64,000 nucleotides of DNA, from the NCBI GenBank assembly GCA_964016885.1, contig OZ024742.1, positions 65,100,001 through 65,164,000 on the forward strand. The letters are read 5' to 3'. Positions 10,711-20,980 of the stretch are shown here, one piece after another. The notes beneath the pieces were generated by a model. That model saw only the letters and a list, made by a program, of their open reading frames with translations, was not told the DNA's origin and ran no database searches. This stretch comes from Eledone cirrhosa (taxonomy: Eukaryota). The position numbers and the translations under genes were made by a program. Numbering within the stretch: the stretch's first letter is position 1; every line of letters starts with the position of its first letter.

Positions 10711-12705
10711 ATGGCTAATTCCCCTCTGCACGAAGCAGCTGAAAGCCTTCCTCACAAAATAACACCTCACACCGACACCACCATTGTAAATGTTACTACG
10801 TTTGCCAACACAAAAAAAAATATAAGCAGTAGCAATATTTTAAATTTGTCTCAGGCAGACATTCATTTCCCGCCATTACCAATGACTGCAGGTGTTAAAG
10901 CCTCCACCACCACCACCACCGCGACAACCACCACCCCCACCACCACCGCGACAACAGAAACAAAAGAAGAAAAAAATAAATTAACTCGTGATGTCGAAAT
11001 GAAATCAAGCAAAATGGACTCTTCCGCACCAAAGACGAATGACGTCACCACCACCACAACTGAAACAAAAATTAAGATTAACACAAATAACGATAGTAAC
11101 AACAACAACAATGACATTATAAAACCGACCCTCAGTTTCGCCATCGTAGCAAAACAATTCGAAGCGTTCACGGTAACTCAAGAAGATTTAGAAAATGCCA
11201 AACAAATGGTAAAGAAAGATGGGTACAGGGTCAGCCTCACCCCCCCACCTAATAAAATGGAGCATCGGCGCCTGTGCACCGTGTCGTATAGAACAATAAA
11301 TGTAAAATCGCGCCGAGTGGAACGGGCATCCGAGTCCCAAATCCAAAAAGCTTTGGGACATGTGTGGGCAAGAAAAACCCACATCAGACGTGGGCAAAAG
11401 TATGGAACCGTGGATGTGTTCTTTGAAATACCAGAGGAGGCTAGAGAACACTCCATGGCCCCATTAAAAAGTGACGACCTCACACTCGTCCCAAGCTATT
11501 GTGGCCAGAGACTCGTAAAGATCAGGGTGACCCACGTTCCACCGGCCATCGAAATTCCCTGGCTAATAGCGGCTGTCCTCGCCGGCATCGAAGCCAACAC
11601 GAAAATAATAGCAGTAGCAAAAGAAAAGCAGGAAAACTGGTCTGGATCTGGGATGGAGCTCCTGATCCAAGTGGACCAAAAAAGCATTGAGGAGATCCCA
11701 GAGGTAATAGACCTCACTGACGGCAGCCACCTCACGGTAATTGTCGAGGGCAGAAGACCTAGGTGTGTCGTTTGTGGTGAAGGAACCCACCTAAGGGCTT
11801 TCTGCCCTCAGGCTAAAAGGTTGAGGCCACCTCTCCTACCCACCCCAGTGACACAACCATCAACACCACCAGTAGCAGAGATGGCAGCAACAACTGTAGC
11901 AGCAACAACAGAAGCAACTATAACAGCAACAACCCCAGCAACAGTAGCAAAACCAACACCACTACCACCACCAGCAAAACCAACACCACCACCACCCAAC
12001 GCTTCAGAACTAGCACCAGCGCCTACACCATCCACCACACCACAACCAAAACTAACGGCTGTGGAGGATTTTCCACTCCCCGGCCTATCACAACTGGAGA
12101 CAGATTGTGACGACGAGGAGTGGGAAACGATATCCGGAAAAAAAAAAAGAAACCAAAAAAGAAAAAATTCTCTTCCTTCCCCCTCCAAAAACAAAATACA
12201 GATGGAAACAAATAAACTAAGAAACAAAAAAGTTAGGACAGATATGCCACCATCCATACCAGCATCACCAACCCCATCAACCCAAACACCAACACCATCA
12301 CCATCATTAACTCCAACACCACCATCACCTACACCACAAAAGTCACCAAAATGCGAAACAGAAACAAAACCACAACAAATGCAAACAAAACAAAACAACC
12401 AAAACGATACACACTACACAGCATTAAATTTGAACAACAAGCAATTATTACACTACATCCAACACAACACCAGCATCACAGAAAAAGACTACACAACAAC
12501 CCCAAAATTCACACCACCTCCACACATACAAATCACTCGCATCACACAGAAAACGTACATGACACTAAAACAAAAATTCCCCAAAGACATCGGAGACTTC
12601 CGACAAGCACTCTCCAGGAGGATTTATAAGGACATCCCTCCTGAGGAGGCCACAAGCAGTGAAAAGGATGGAAAAGCCGTCCTTCCCCTACGAGAAGTAA
12701 GGTAA
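10711..12705 (+). CDS. Tx1 copy B ORF1 (gag-like nucleic acid-binding protein, CCHC knuckle), intact 664 aa
   Basis: Uninterrupted ORF; CVVCGEGTHLRAFC knuckle; EEWETISGKKKR basic motif; Pro/Thr-rich linker; homologous to copy A ORF1. Confidence 0.88.
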   Translation: MANSPLHEAAESLPHKITPHTDTTIVNVTTFANTKKNISSSNILNLSQADIHFPPLPMTAGVKASTTTTTATTTTPTTTATTETKEEKNKLTRDVEMKSSKMDSSAPKTNDVTTTTTETKIKINTNNDSNNNNNDIIKPTLSFAIVAKQFEAFTVTQEDLENAKQMVKKDGYRVSLTPPPNKMEHRRLCTVSYRTINVKSRRVERASESQIQKALGHVWARKTHIRRGQKYGTVDVFFEIPEEAREHSMAPLKSDDLTLVPSYCGQRLVKIRVTHVPPAIEIPWLIAAVLAGIEANTKIIAVAKEKQENWSGSGMELLIQVDQKSIEEIPEVIDLTDGSHLTVIVEGRRPRCVVCGEGTHLRAFCPQAKRLRPPLLPTPVTQPSTPPVAEMAATTVAATTEATITATTPATVAKPTPLPPPAKPTPPPPNASELAPAPTPSTTPQPKLTAVEDFPLPGLSQLETDCDDEEWETISGKKKRNQKRKNSLPSPSKNKIQMETNKLRNKKVRTDMPPSIPASPTPSTQTPTPSPSLTPTPPSPTPQKSPKCETETKPQQMQTKQNNQNDTHYTALNLNNKQLLHYIQHNTSITEKDYTTTPKFTPPPHIQITRITQKTYMTLKQKFPKDIGDFRQALSRRIYKDIPPEEATSSEKDGKAVLPLREVR

Positions 12706-12739
12706 GTGGTCTTTCCCATCTTTTCCACTCCTTTTCAAC

Positions 12740-15700
12740 ATGACCTCACTCAGAATAGGCAGCATAAATGCGCGTGGCTTGGGGTCGTCATGGAAGCAGG
12801 GCCACCTGCTCAACGACCTCAGGTCACTAAACATAGATGTAGTGGCCATCAGCGAGACCAGAATCTCCGAAGCACAGGCTTTCGCACCGATCTTCGGCGG
12901 CTACGATGTGTACGCATCTCCCAGCCGTCCGGGATCGGGGGGAGGAGTTGCTGTGCTTTTTCGGAGAGGTTTGGATCTTGCCATACGGGCCATCTTCCTG
13001 GACCCAGAAGGTAAGTTGGTGGTGCTGGACGTGACCAGCGGAGACGGGCAAGCTTTCAGGTTAGTGGCCGTCTATGCCCCGACAGGAGCAGGGCGGCCTG
13101 ATTTCTTCCGGCGTCTGGAGACCTTTCTTGGAACGTCCCGCTCTTTAGTGTTAGTGGGCGACTGGAACGGGATCTTAGATGCATGCTGGGATTGTGTGGG
13201 ATTAGTGGATAGGGAAGGAGGGTGCAAGAGTCTCACCAACCTGCTCAGACGTTTTGAACTGTCTGACAGGTACCGAATGGATTTCCCGAATGTACCAATG
13301 TGGACTTGGACAAATCGCATAGGGTCATCCAGATCATATCTAGATAGAGTATTTTGTAGGGAAATAGATAGGTCTAGCATAGGCTGTCCACAATTCAAGA
13401 TAGTCAGCTACACGGACCACAAATTCGTGATCTGTGTGCTTGACTTAGATAGGCTTCATAGACGAGGACCCGGCTACTGGAAGCTAAACGCGTCCTTACC
13501 AGCGCGCAAGGCCTACAGAGACCGGATTAGCGAACTAGTTAAGCGGGCGTTGACGGGGGCCATCGTCAACAACAAGTGGTGGTTTGCTCTGAAAAGAGCA
13601 ATTAGAATAGAGTCCATTAGGTTTAGTAAGACTTTAGCAATAGAGAAAAATAGAGCAGAAGGAGAATTAGTTAGAAAATTAGATGAGGCGCTTAGCAAAG
13701 GCATCGCGACCGACGTACTTGCGGCGAAATTGGCCCTTGACCAATTCTTCAATGCAAAGCACGAAGGCTGCGTTGTCAGAGCTAGGGTGCGTGCTCTCAG
13801 ACACGAGGGGACGAAAGCCGTTCAATGGGCCCGAGTGGCGGAGGCGCGTCGTGGCAACAAAGCCACGATCCGGTCTTTGGTGGACCACGACGGGCGCATG
13901 CTACTCGATCCCGGGCAAATGTGTGAAGCTTTTCAGCGACACTTTGCTCAACTGTTCGGGGGCAGCGGCGGGCCGGATCGAGGGATGGACTTTAGTGTCT
14001 ACCTCGACGGACTGCCGCGGCTTTTGGCCACTGAGGCGGAGTGTTGCGAAAAGCCGATAACAACCGCTGAAGTACGGGATGCAATGACTAGTTGCACAAG
14101 GGGTAAATCGCCTGGTTTGGATGGTCTGCCCTATGAACTTTACGTACAAATGCCAAACTTGTTCGGAGGCCTCTTGGCGGACGTCTACTGCAACTGGCAA
14201 CAGAACGGGAGAATTCCCAGCTCTGTGAGCCGAGGAGCGGTGGCGCTGCTGAGAAAGGATCCGAACAAGGGGGATAACATAGATAATTTTAGGCCCATAA
14301 CTCTGCTAAACACAGAGTTCAAAATTTTGGCCAAGGTGCTAGCAAAGAGGTTGGCGCTTGTCGTTGGTGGTCTGGTGGGAGAGGCACAGACATGCGCCAT
14401 TCCCGACAGATCCATCCACGACAACCTCCACCTCATGCGATACATCGTAGAGAGGGTAGCTAGGGAACCTGGCACGGGTGGGTCTTTGATCAATTTAGAT
14501 CAGTCGAAAGCCTTCGATAGGGTCGACCATCGTTACCTAGCGGCTTTGGGCCCGTCTTCAGAGGCTGGATCGCTGCCATGCACAGCGACATCTGCTCTGT
14601 GGTGAGAGTGAACGATCACCTTTCGGAACCGTTCAACATCATGCGCTCAGTCCGCCAAGGATGTCCCCTCTCGTCCCTATTGTACGTATTGACTCTCGAG
14701 CCATTACTGCACAAACTGGAGACGTTGAGGGGGGTCCCGCGCGAACTAGGATGCGGAAGATCCGTGTCAGCATATGCCGACGATGTCACCGTAGTGGTGT
14801 CGAACGCCAAACACATTGAGGCGATCGGCACTACACTAAGAGAATACGAAGCGGTGACAGGAGCAATGATCAACCAGGAAAAGTCAGTGGGCCTGCAGCT
14901 CGGCACCTGGAGAGGCATGTCCATGCCGTCCAACAGCGTCGTCGGGCGCTGGACGGACGGACCGGTTAAATTGCTAGGGGTCTGGTTCGGTCCAGACCTC
15001 CAGACGGACAAAAACTGGGACGAGGTGACGAGCAGGGTGGCTTCTCTCACCCAGAAATGGGCCGAGAGGAAGCTATCCCTGAAAGGTCGAGCGGAGGTGG
15101 CGAATGCGTACATCGCATCCGTCATCTACTACCGCCTGACCGTCGTACCTTGTCCTAAGCCCCGCCTGACTGCGCTGGAGCGTTTGCTCTTTTGCTTCTT
15201 GTGGAAGGGACGCGCTCCGATGGTCAGGCGGTCCATCTGCTGTCAACACCCGCTACGTGGAGGGCTGGGCATGCCGTGGCTGATGATGCGCAGACACGCG
15301 CTCAGGCTACGACATCTCCACCTCTTCCTCGACGGTGATCAGGTGTGGTCGCCGTTTGCAAGACACGTTTTTCCCCAGCTCGTCTCCTTGACGGAGCTGC
15401 AGTCCTGGGTCAAGCGAAGACCGAGAGGGAGCGCTTGGAGACTGGAATGTCTTCAGGCGCTCACAGCCCTCGACCAATCGGGCAATGTGATCGGTCGAAA
15501 CTCCACCTTGGCGTTCTATAGAGGATTAGTGGAGGGGAAGAGCGACGACGTACTTGGAGAAACTCTAGGCGTCGACGAAAATCAACTAGCCAATCTCTTC
15601 GGAAGGACTTTCGGGCCGGGGCCTATGGACAACTTCCAGAAATCCCTGGCCTGGCAGTGCTACCGAGGAGCTTTGCCAGTTCGGGATAAACTCTACAGGC

Positions 15701-16140
15701 ATGGAGGTGCCGTCAGCCGGGCATGTCCGAGATGCGCGCAGGGCGACGAAACCGTCCTGCACGCACTCGTCCAGTGTCAGAGCATTGCTGACTTGTGGGT
15801 TTATGTCGAACACCTGCTGTCACGTGTAGGACGGATCCAGCTATCAGCTGAGTCCATCGTGAGGATTGCCGCGCCCCCTTCCTTTAGCCTGGAAGGGCAG
15901 GCAGTTTTTATCTGACTAGTGGCCATGGCGAAAGAGATAGTATGGTGGACACGTTTGAAAGGGCTGAAGACGAGCACTTACCTCTTCGGTGATGCCCTGA
16001 TTAACTTTTTCAAATTTCATTTGAAAAGGAAAATCAGGGTAGAGAGGGAAGTGCTCTCTTCCCAGCATTTTGTTGAAAGATGGGTGAGAGAAGCAAGTAT
16101 GGCCCGAATGAATGGGCTTTCTCTGAGTATGTGTCTGTAA
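12740..16140 (+). pseudogene. Tx1 copy B ORF2 (APE-RT-finger), frameshifted
   Basis: Near-identical to copy A ORF2. 19-nt deletion (agtcctgagggcggctggc) between 14544/14545 with ggc microhomology; TGA at 15913-15915 (TGC in copy A). Confidence 0.93.
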
Positions 16141-16362
16141 ATTAAAGGTGGAAAACTGGGAGAGGGCACTTGCCCTGGTGGTCAGGGCCACTGTGGTCTT
16201 TTAATGGGCTTTCTCCACAAATGTCCCTCGGAAGTCTCCCCCCTATTGGGGAATTTTTCTTTGTTATTTTATTTCAACCTCTGTTTTTTTACACGCAGAA
16301 ATGCCCATTTGTACTGTCCTTAATGTCTACTTTATGTGAACCCTTGTGGTTAATAAAGAAAA

Positions 16363-16396
<34 letters not shown>

Positions 16397-16445
16397 TATT
16401 TTACTTGACATTTTTCAATTTTATTTTTCAATTTTATTTTTCTAG

Positions 16446-16613
16446 TCATTTATCAGAACAGACAATAAACTGTGGCCAGCTGTTGGTAGGATAGATGATG
16501 TCTATGGTGACCAGAATCTTGTGTGTACGTGCCCACCAATGGAAGTTTATGAATCACCCTTCATCAAAGAATCAGCCAATGAAAATCTACAGCAAAGAAG
16601 AGTGTCCAATTAA
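16446..16613 (+). CDS. GLDC: Glycine decarboxylase, last coding exon
   Basis: ttttctag|TCA...TAA; in frame with the previous exon; [39 protein letters not shown]...RRVSN* has the GcvP terminal W-P[20 protein letters not shown] motif. Confidence 0.95.
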   Translation, partial: SFIRTDNKLWPAVGRIDDVYGDQNLVCTCPPMEVYESPFIKESANENLQQRRVSN

Positions 16614-17177
16614 ATTGAAGGATGGGAAAGCAAATTATATAATCTAGGAGAAAACAAACAAAAATCATGTTTTTATATATATATAAAATTACGGGTGGAT
16701 TTCTCTCCCTCTCTCTATATATATAGATTTGGTGGGTGTTACCAGTTGACTAGTAAGACTATATTCAGCTAAGTACTCAATACTTGGCAAAATAGAGTTA
16801 AAAGTTAGTGCCTGAAAGTAGAGTTAAAAGTTATTGCCTGATGGTTGAGCTCATGCCATTTCAGCAGCGAATAGATAACATTGAAAAAGCATGAGCTCAG
16901 CCCTCTGGCACTAACTTTTTATATATATATATATATATAAAAGAAATTATATTTTTGGATACACTATATATGTGTGTGTGTGTGTGTGTGTATTTTGGAA
17001 TGTACAAATGAGAAGGAAATTATTACTCAATACATGCAGTAGAGTATATTTTTGGTAATTTGAAGCTTGAGGCTTCACTGTATATTTCCTGCAATTACAC
17101 ATTCTTTAAGATATGAAGGAAACAGGAAAACTTGAGGTAGCAATAATTGAGTACAAAACCTCAACTTCAAAGGAATG

Positions 17178-17226
<49 letters not shown>

Positions 17227-18837
17227 TAAACGTAGTGGAAAGTGCTGTAATTAAAATTGTGACCAACAATAATGAAAAATGAAGAAATGGAATGCTTAAA
17301 AAAAATGCAATCTGCTTTCTCTTTTTTTTACTTGGAAAAAAAAACAAAAAAACAAGAAAACAAGTTTACAGATTTCTGCTTTGAACATTGGAGTTTCTGA
17401 CTGTGTAAAGAAAACATTTTTTTAAAATTTATTGTTTTTGTCCACCACTCTTTTTACTGACAACATAAATGCTTCATATCGAGAAAATATAATTTCTTAC
17501 AATTTACACAAAGTATCAGGTTTTATACAAGTGAGGAAATACAACTGTATCGCATTTATATATCTCTTAGAAATTTGTAAACTCAAAAGTCGACATTTAC
17601 ATATTTGTTTTCCTAATTCAGAAAAACCAAGCTAAATGTTTTGTATTCTCCATTACTGCTGGACCTAGTTTTAATTGTACCACTTTTTCTCTATCATTTG
17701 TGTGTGTGTCTGTCCTAGATATGTGATCAGACCTCTGTTAACTTAAGGTCAGCTTTTGTGAAATTGTGAAATCTGTTTTAGTGACACACACACACGCACG
17801 CAGTTATATTTTTGGATGCATAGAAAAGAAGTAAGATTATGACAATTTCCCCCTCCTATATAAAATATTTATATTAAGTGTGTAAAACAGTCACTGGTTT
17901 AAAAGTTTTAATAAATTTAGCCAATTTCTAAGAAACAGGATATCTTTTTCAAGCTGACTAAAAGAAGTTGAAGTTATTTCTGGCTTGTAAAATAATTGCT
18001 TGTAATTTGGGTGAGGTTATTTAATTTGTTAGTTTTCTTTTTATAAATTTCAAGGGTTGATTTTAAAATATTAGGAGTATTTCATACATGTATCTCTTTT
18101 AGAATTCTTATTGACACAACCAATTTCTTATTAGTTTTTATGTCAGACTTGAAACTTTATCTGATTTAATTTTAATGTGTGAAAATATTTGTTTGTTAAT
18201 AGGGAACATAACAAGATTTAGTTTAAATTTGTTAATTTACACACATTTATTTACCAATTATGAGAATGGATTTATAATATACAGCATGAACATTTAATTT
18301 ATATCTAAAACTTTCTCTGAAAAAATGTTCCCATGAAATAGCCAACTTAGCAGTTAAATGGCTAGAGTTATCAAGTTGCATGAAAGTTGGTGGGACAGAT
18401 AATTCCTGAATTTTCAGGGGATAACACTTGTCTACACAGGACAACAATATAATCATTGCAACATATATACAACAAATTACTGAGATATATAAAAATACAA
18501 AAATATCGAATAGAGGATGTCAGATGGCAAGATTTTCAATAAAAGAATTATGGAAAGCATAACTAAATTGTTGTTGTTTAATTTGTTTCAATTTAAATGA
18601 AAGCAATTTGATTCATCTATCATCATCTATCATATGTAAATATAGCTATACACATTGAATGTATGCCACACATTGTGTGTGTCCACATAAGTACAGCTCC
18701 ACTGTACTAGTACTTCTACACTTAGCTTCCCTTCTATCAACTGCCCTTATACTGCTCATTTTGCTCCAGCTATCTACCAATTTCAGAGTCACTAAAGTTG
18801 TTGTGCAACTCGTGCCAACAAAGATACTTACCTGTGT

Positions 18838-19340
18838 GTGGTTTGGCTGACTAGGCTGGTTGAAGCTAGGCTTGACTGGAATGAATAGAGTTAGCTTATG
18901 GCCTTGCCTGGCCATCTCTAGCTGGTTGAGCTGGACTGTCTATTCTTGTTGTGCTGGCCTGGCTGGCAGAGATGGGCCTGGCCTGACTGGCTGGGCTAGC
19001 TAGAAGCAGGCTGGGCTGGGTTGGCTGTGCTAGGTTGGCTGTTGGCCAAGGTTTTCCTGGATGAGGCTAGGCTAGCCCTGCTGTGACATGGTTTAGGGCT
19101 GGTTGGGGCTTGGTTGCTTAAGGATGGGCTGGGCTGATTGATGTTGGGTTGCCTGAGGCCTAGCTGGTTGAATCTGGGCTGGCGAAGACTAAGCTGGGCC
19201 GGCTGAGCTGATTGTAGTACAAACCTTAGCCGTAAACTCTAACCCAAGCCTGGCTTACTGAACTGGTCTTGTTTAGCTAAGCTGGTAGGACTTTTCTGAA
19301 CTTGCGTTGTTAAAGGTGGTGGCCAGGCTTATCTGGCCTG
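18838..19340. repeat. Degenerate GGCTR/GGGCT pentamer-rich low-complexity tract
   Basis: ggctgg/gggct/ggctag recur densely; strongly G/T-skewed on + versus flanks. Confidence 0.6.
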
Positions 19341-20249
19341 TTTGATTGATCTGTTATGGCATCTACTTGTTCCTACTCCCATTTAGCCCTCCTCTGTAAA
19401 AACCTTTTGATTTTCTATTTTTTTCCACATTTTGCTTGACAACATTGCTCATCTAAATACAGCATTAGAGCATCATCATCATCATCATCACCGTTTTAAC
19501 TCCATTCTCCCATGCTAGCATGGGTTAGACGGGTTGTCCTGTTGTGGGCAATGTCTTGCTCATACGGGAACTGATTTTGGCTGGATTTCTACAGCTGGAT
19601 GCCCTTCCTAACACCAACCTCATTTACAGTGAGAGCTGGGTGCATTTCTTTTTTTGTGGCACCTACACGACCACTTTACAGTGTGGTCTGGGTGCTTTTT
19701 TGTTGTGACACCTCCACGACCACTTTGCAGTAGGAGGGGATGGGAGCATATTGTCTATATGCTTCGGCTTCGGCTTGTTCCCATGTGAAGTTGGGTCTTC
19801 TGTTTCTAAATACAATGGCATGCAACTTGCTGCATCTGGTATTGCCTGTAGCTCTGTCACCAATTTTATGTTCTTTGGCCATGCAACTCCATCTCTTTCA
19901 GCAGAAAAGGGCTATAATTACAACACTGGTAATTGTAATCTTGAACATCTTGTGATTTGATGCCGAAATAGCTAGTGGTTAAAAAAATATATATAGGGCC
20001 TACCTCATTTCCAGAACACACTTAGGGAAATTGTAATGTTGGTTCTTTTACACTTGCTTCAGCTACTTGAACCTCCTCATACTTCCAAATAGCCAAACAG
20101 AATCCAGACAGTGTTACATGTTCCATTTTAGATACAATTCCAATTGAAAATGGGCCAATGGCTTCCTTGCCATGTTGAGATGACATCATATACCTCCCAC
20201 TTCTAGTCTTATAACTCATTACACTACTTCAACTGCTAATGATTTTTAA

Positions 20250-20980
20250 ACTAGTACCACCTTTCTGTAGAAAACTTCTTGAGTCATTCCTTCATTGAAG
20301 GTGAAGCATGCACAAAATTCTTGTTCCAGACTTCTCAATTTCTCATCGCAGCAAGATCCTGTCCAGTGAGGCCCATGTCCCTCGCCCAAAGAGTCCTGAT
20401 GGTTATGTTTGGACATCCTACTCAATACTTTGTATCTGGTGTCCAGAGAAGCAGGAACATGCCCAGCAAGAGCCAAGCGACAGGATCAAACTTGTGGCAG
20501 GTCACCATAATGAACCTTTGCTATGAAATGTTGAACACTACATGTAACATCTTAGTATAGGAACCATCAAGTCTCCTTGATCTGGCAACATTGAGAATCC
20601 ATGACTCCGAAACCATATAGCAAGATGGCCTCAACAGTAGCCTTGAAGACCCCGTACTTCATAGAACTTGGGTTGGCAGCCTTTCAGATTTATTGCACTC
20701 TATGCTTGACCAATTCTGGTGGTCATATACTCAATGTCAGTACAACCACCCAGATACCTAAACTCATGAACTGTTCGATAGGAGAACTGTCAGAAGCATG
20801 TAGTTGACTGAAAGTGGATGAATTCAAATGCATGCATTTAGTCTTTGAAGCCTTGAGAAACAAACCCACTTCTTGGCAGGCAGTCTCAACATGGTAGAGG
20901 AGGTCCTGGGCTGCTTCGATAGTATCCTCCAGAAGAGTGATCTCATCTGCATAGTCAAAATCAGGGAGCACAATAGAAAG
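20250..20980 (-). mobile_element. Degraded RTE-like LINE RT fragment
   Basis: PDFDYADEITLL..AAQDLL..VETACQEVGLFLKASKTKCM (YADD-like region) and downstream LAGH motif; broken frames. Confidence 0.7.

Larger units (their letters stand above)
10503..16363 (+). mobile_element. Full-length Tx1-like non-LTR retrotransposon, copy B
   Basis: 5'UTR, intact ORF1, disrupted ORF2, 3'UTR with AATAAA at 16352-16357; (ATT)n on both flanks. Confidence 0.92.

Noticed and set aside
3713-16191. Many antisense or alternate-frame ORFs duplicated in both Tx1 copies (e.g. 7614..8123 and 14616..15125)
   Set aside because: Shadow ORFs of GC-rich coding sequence; shared only because the ORF2 copies are near-identical.
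3391-16363. Tandem segmental duplication as the origin of the two Tx1 copies
   Set aside because: 5'UTR/ORF1 halves are highly diverged, no flanking DNA is duplicated and no disabling lesions are shared.
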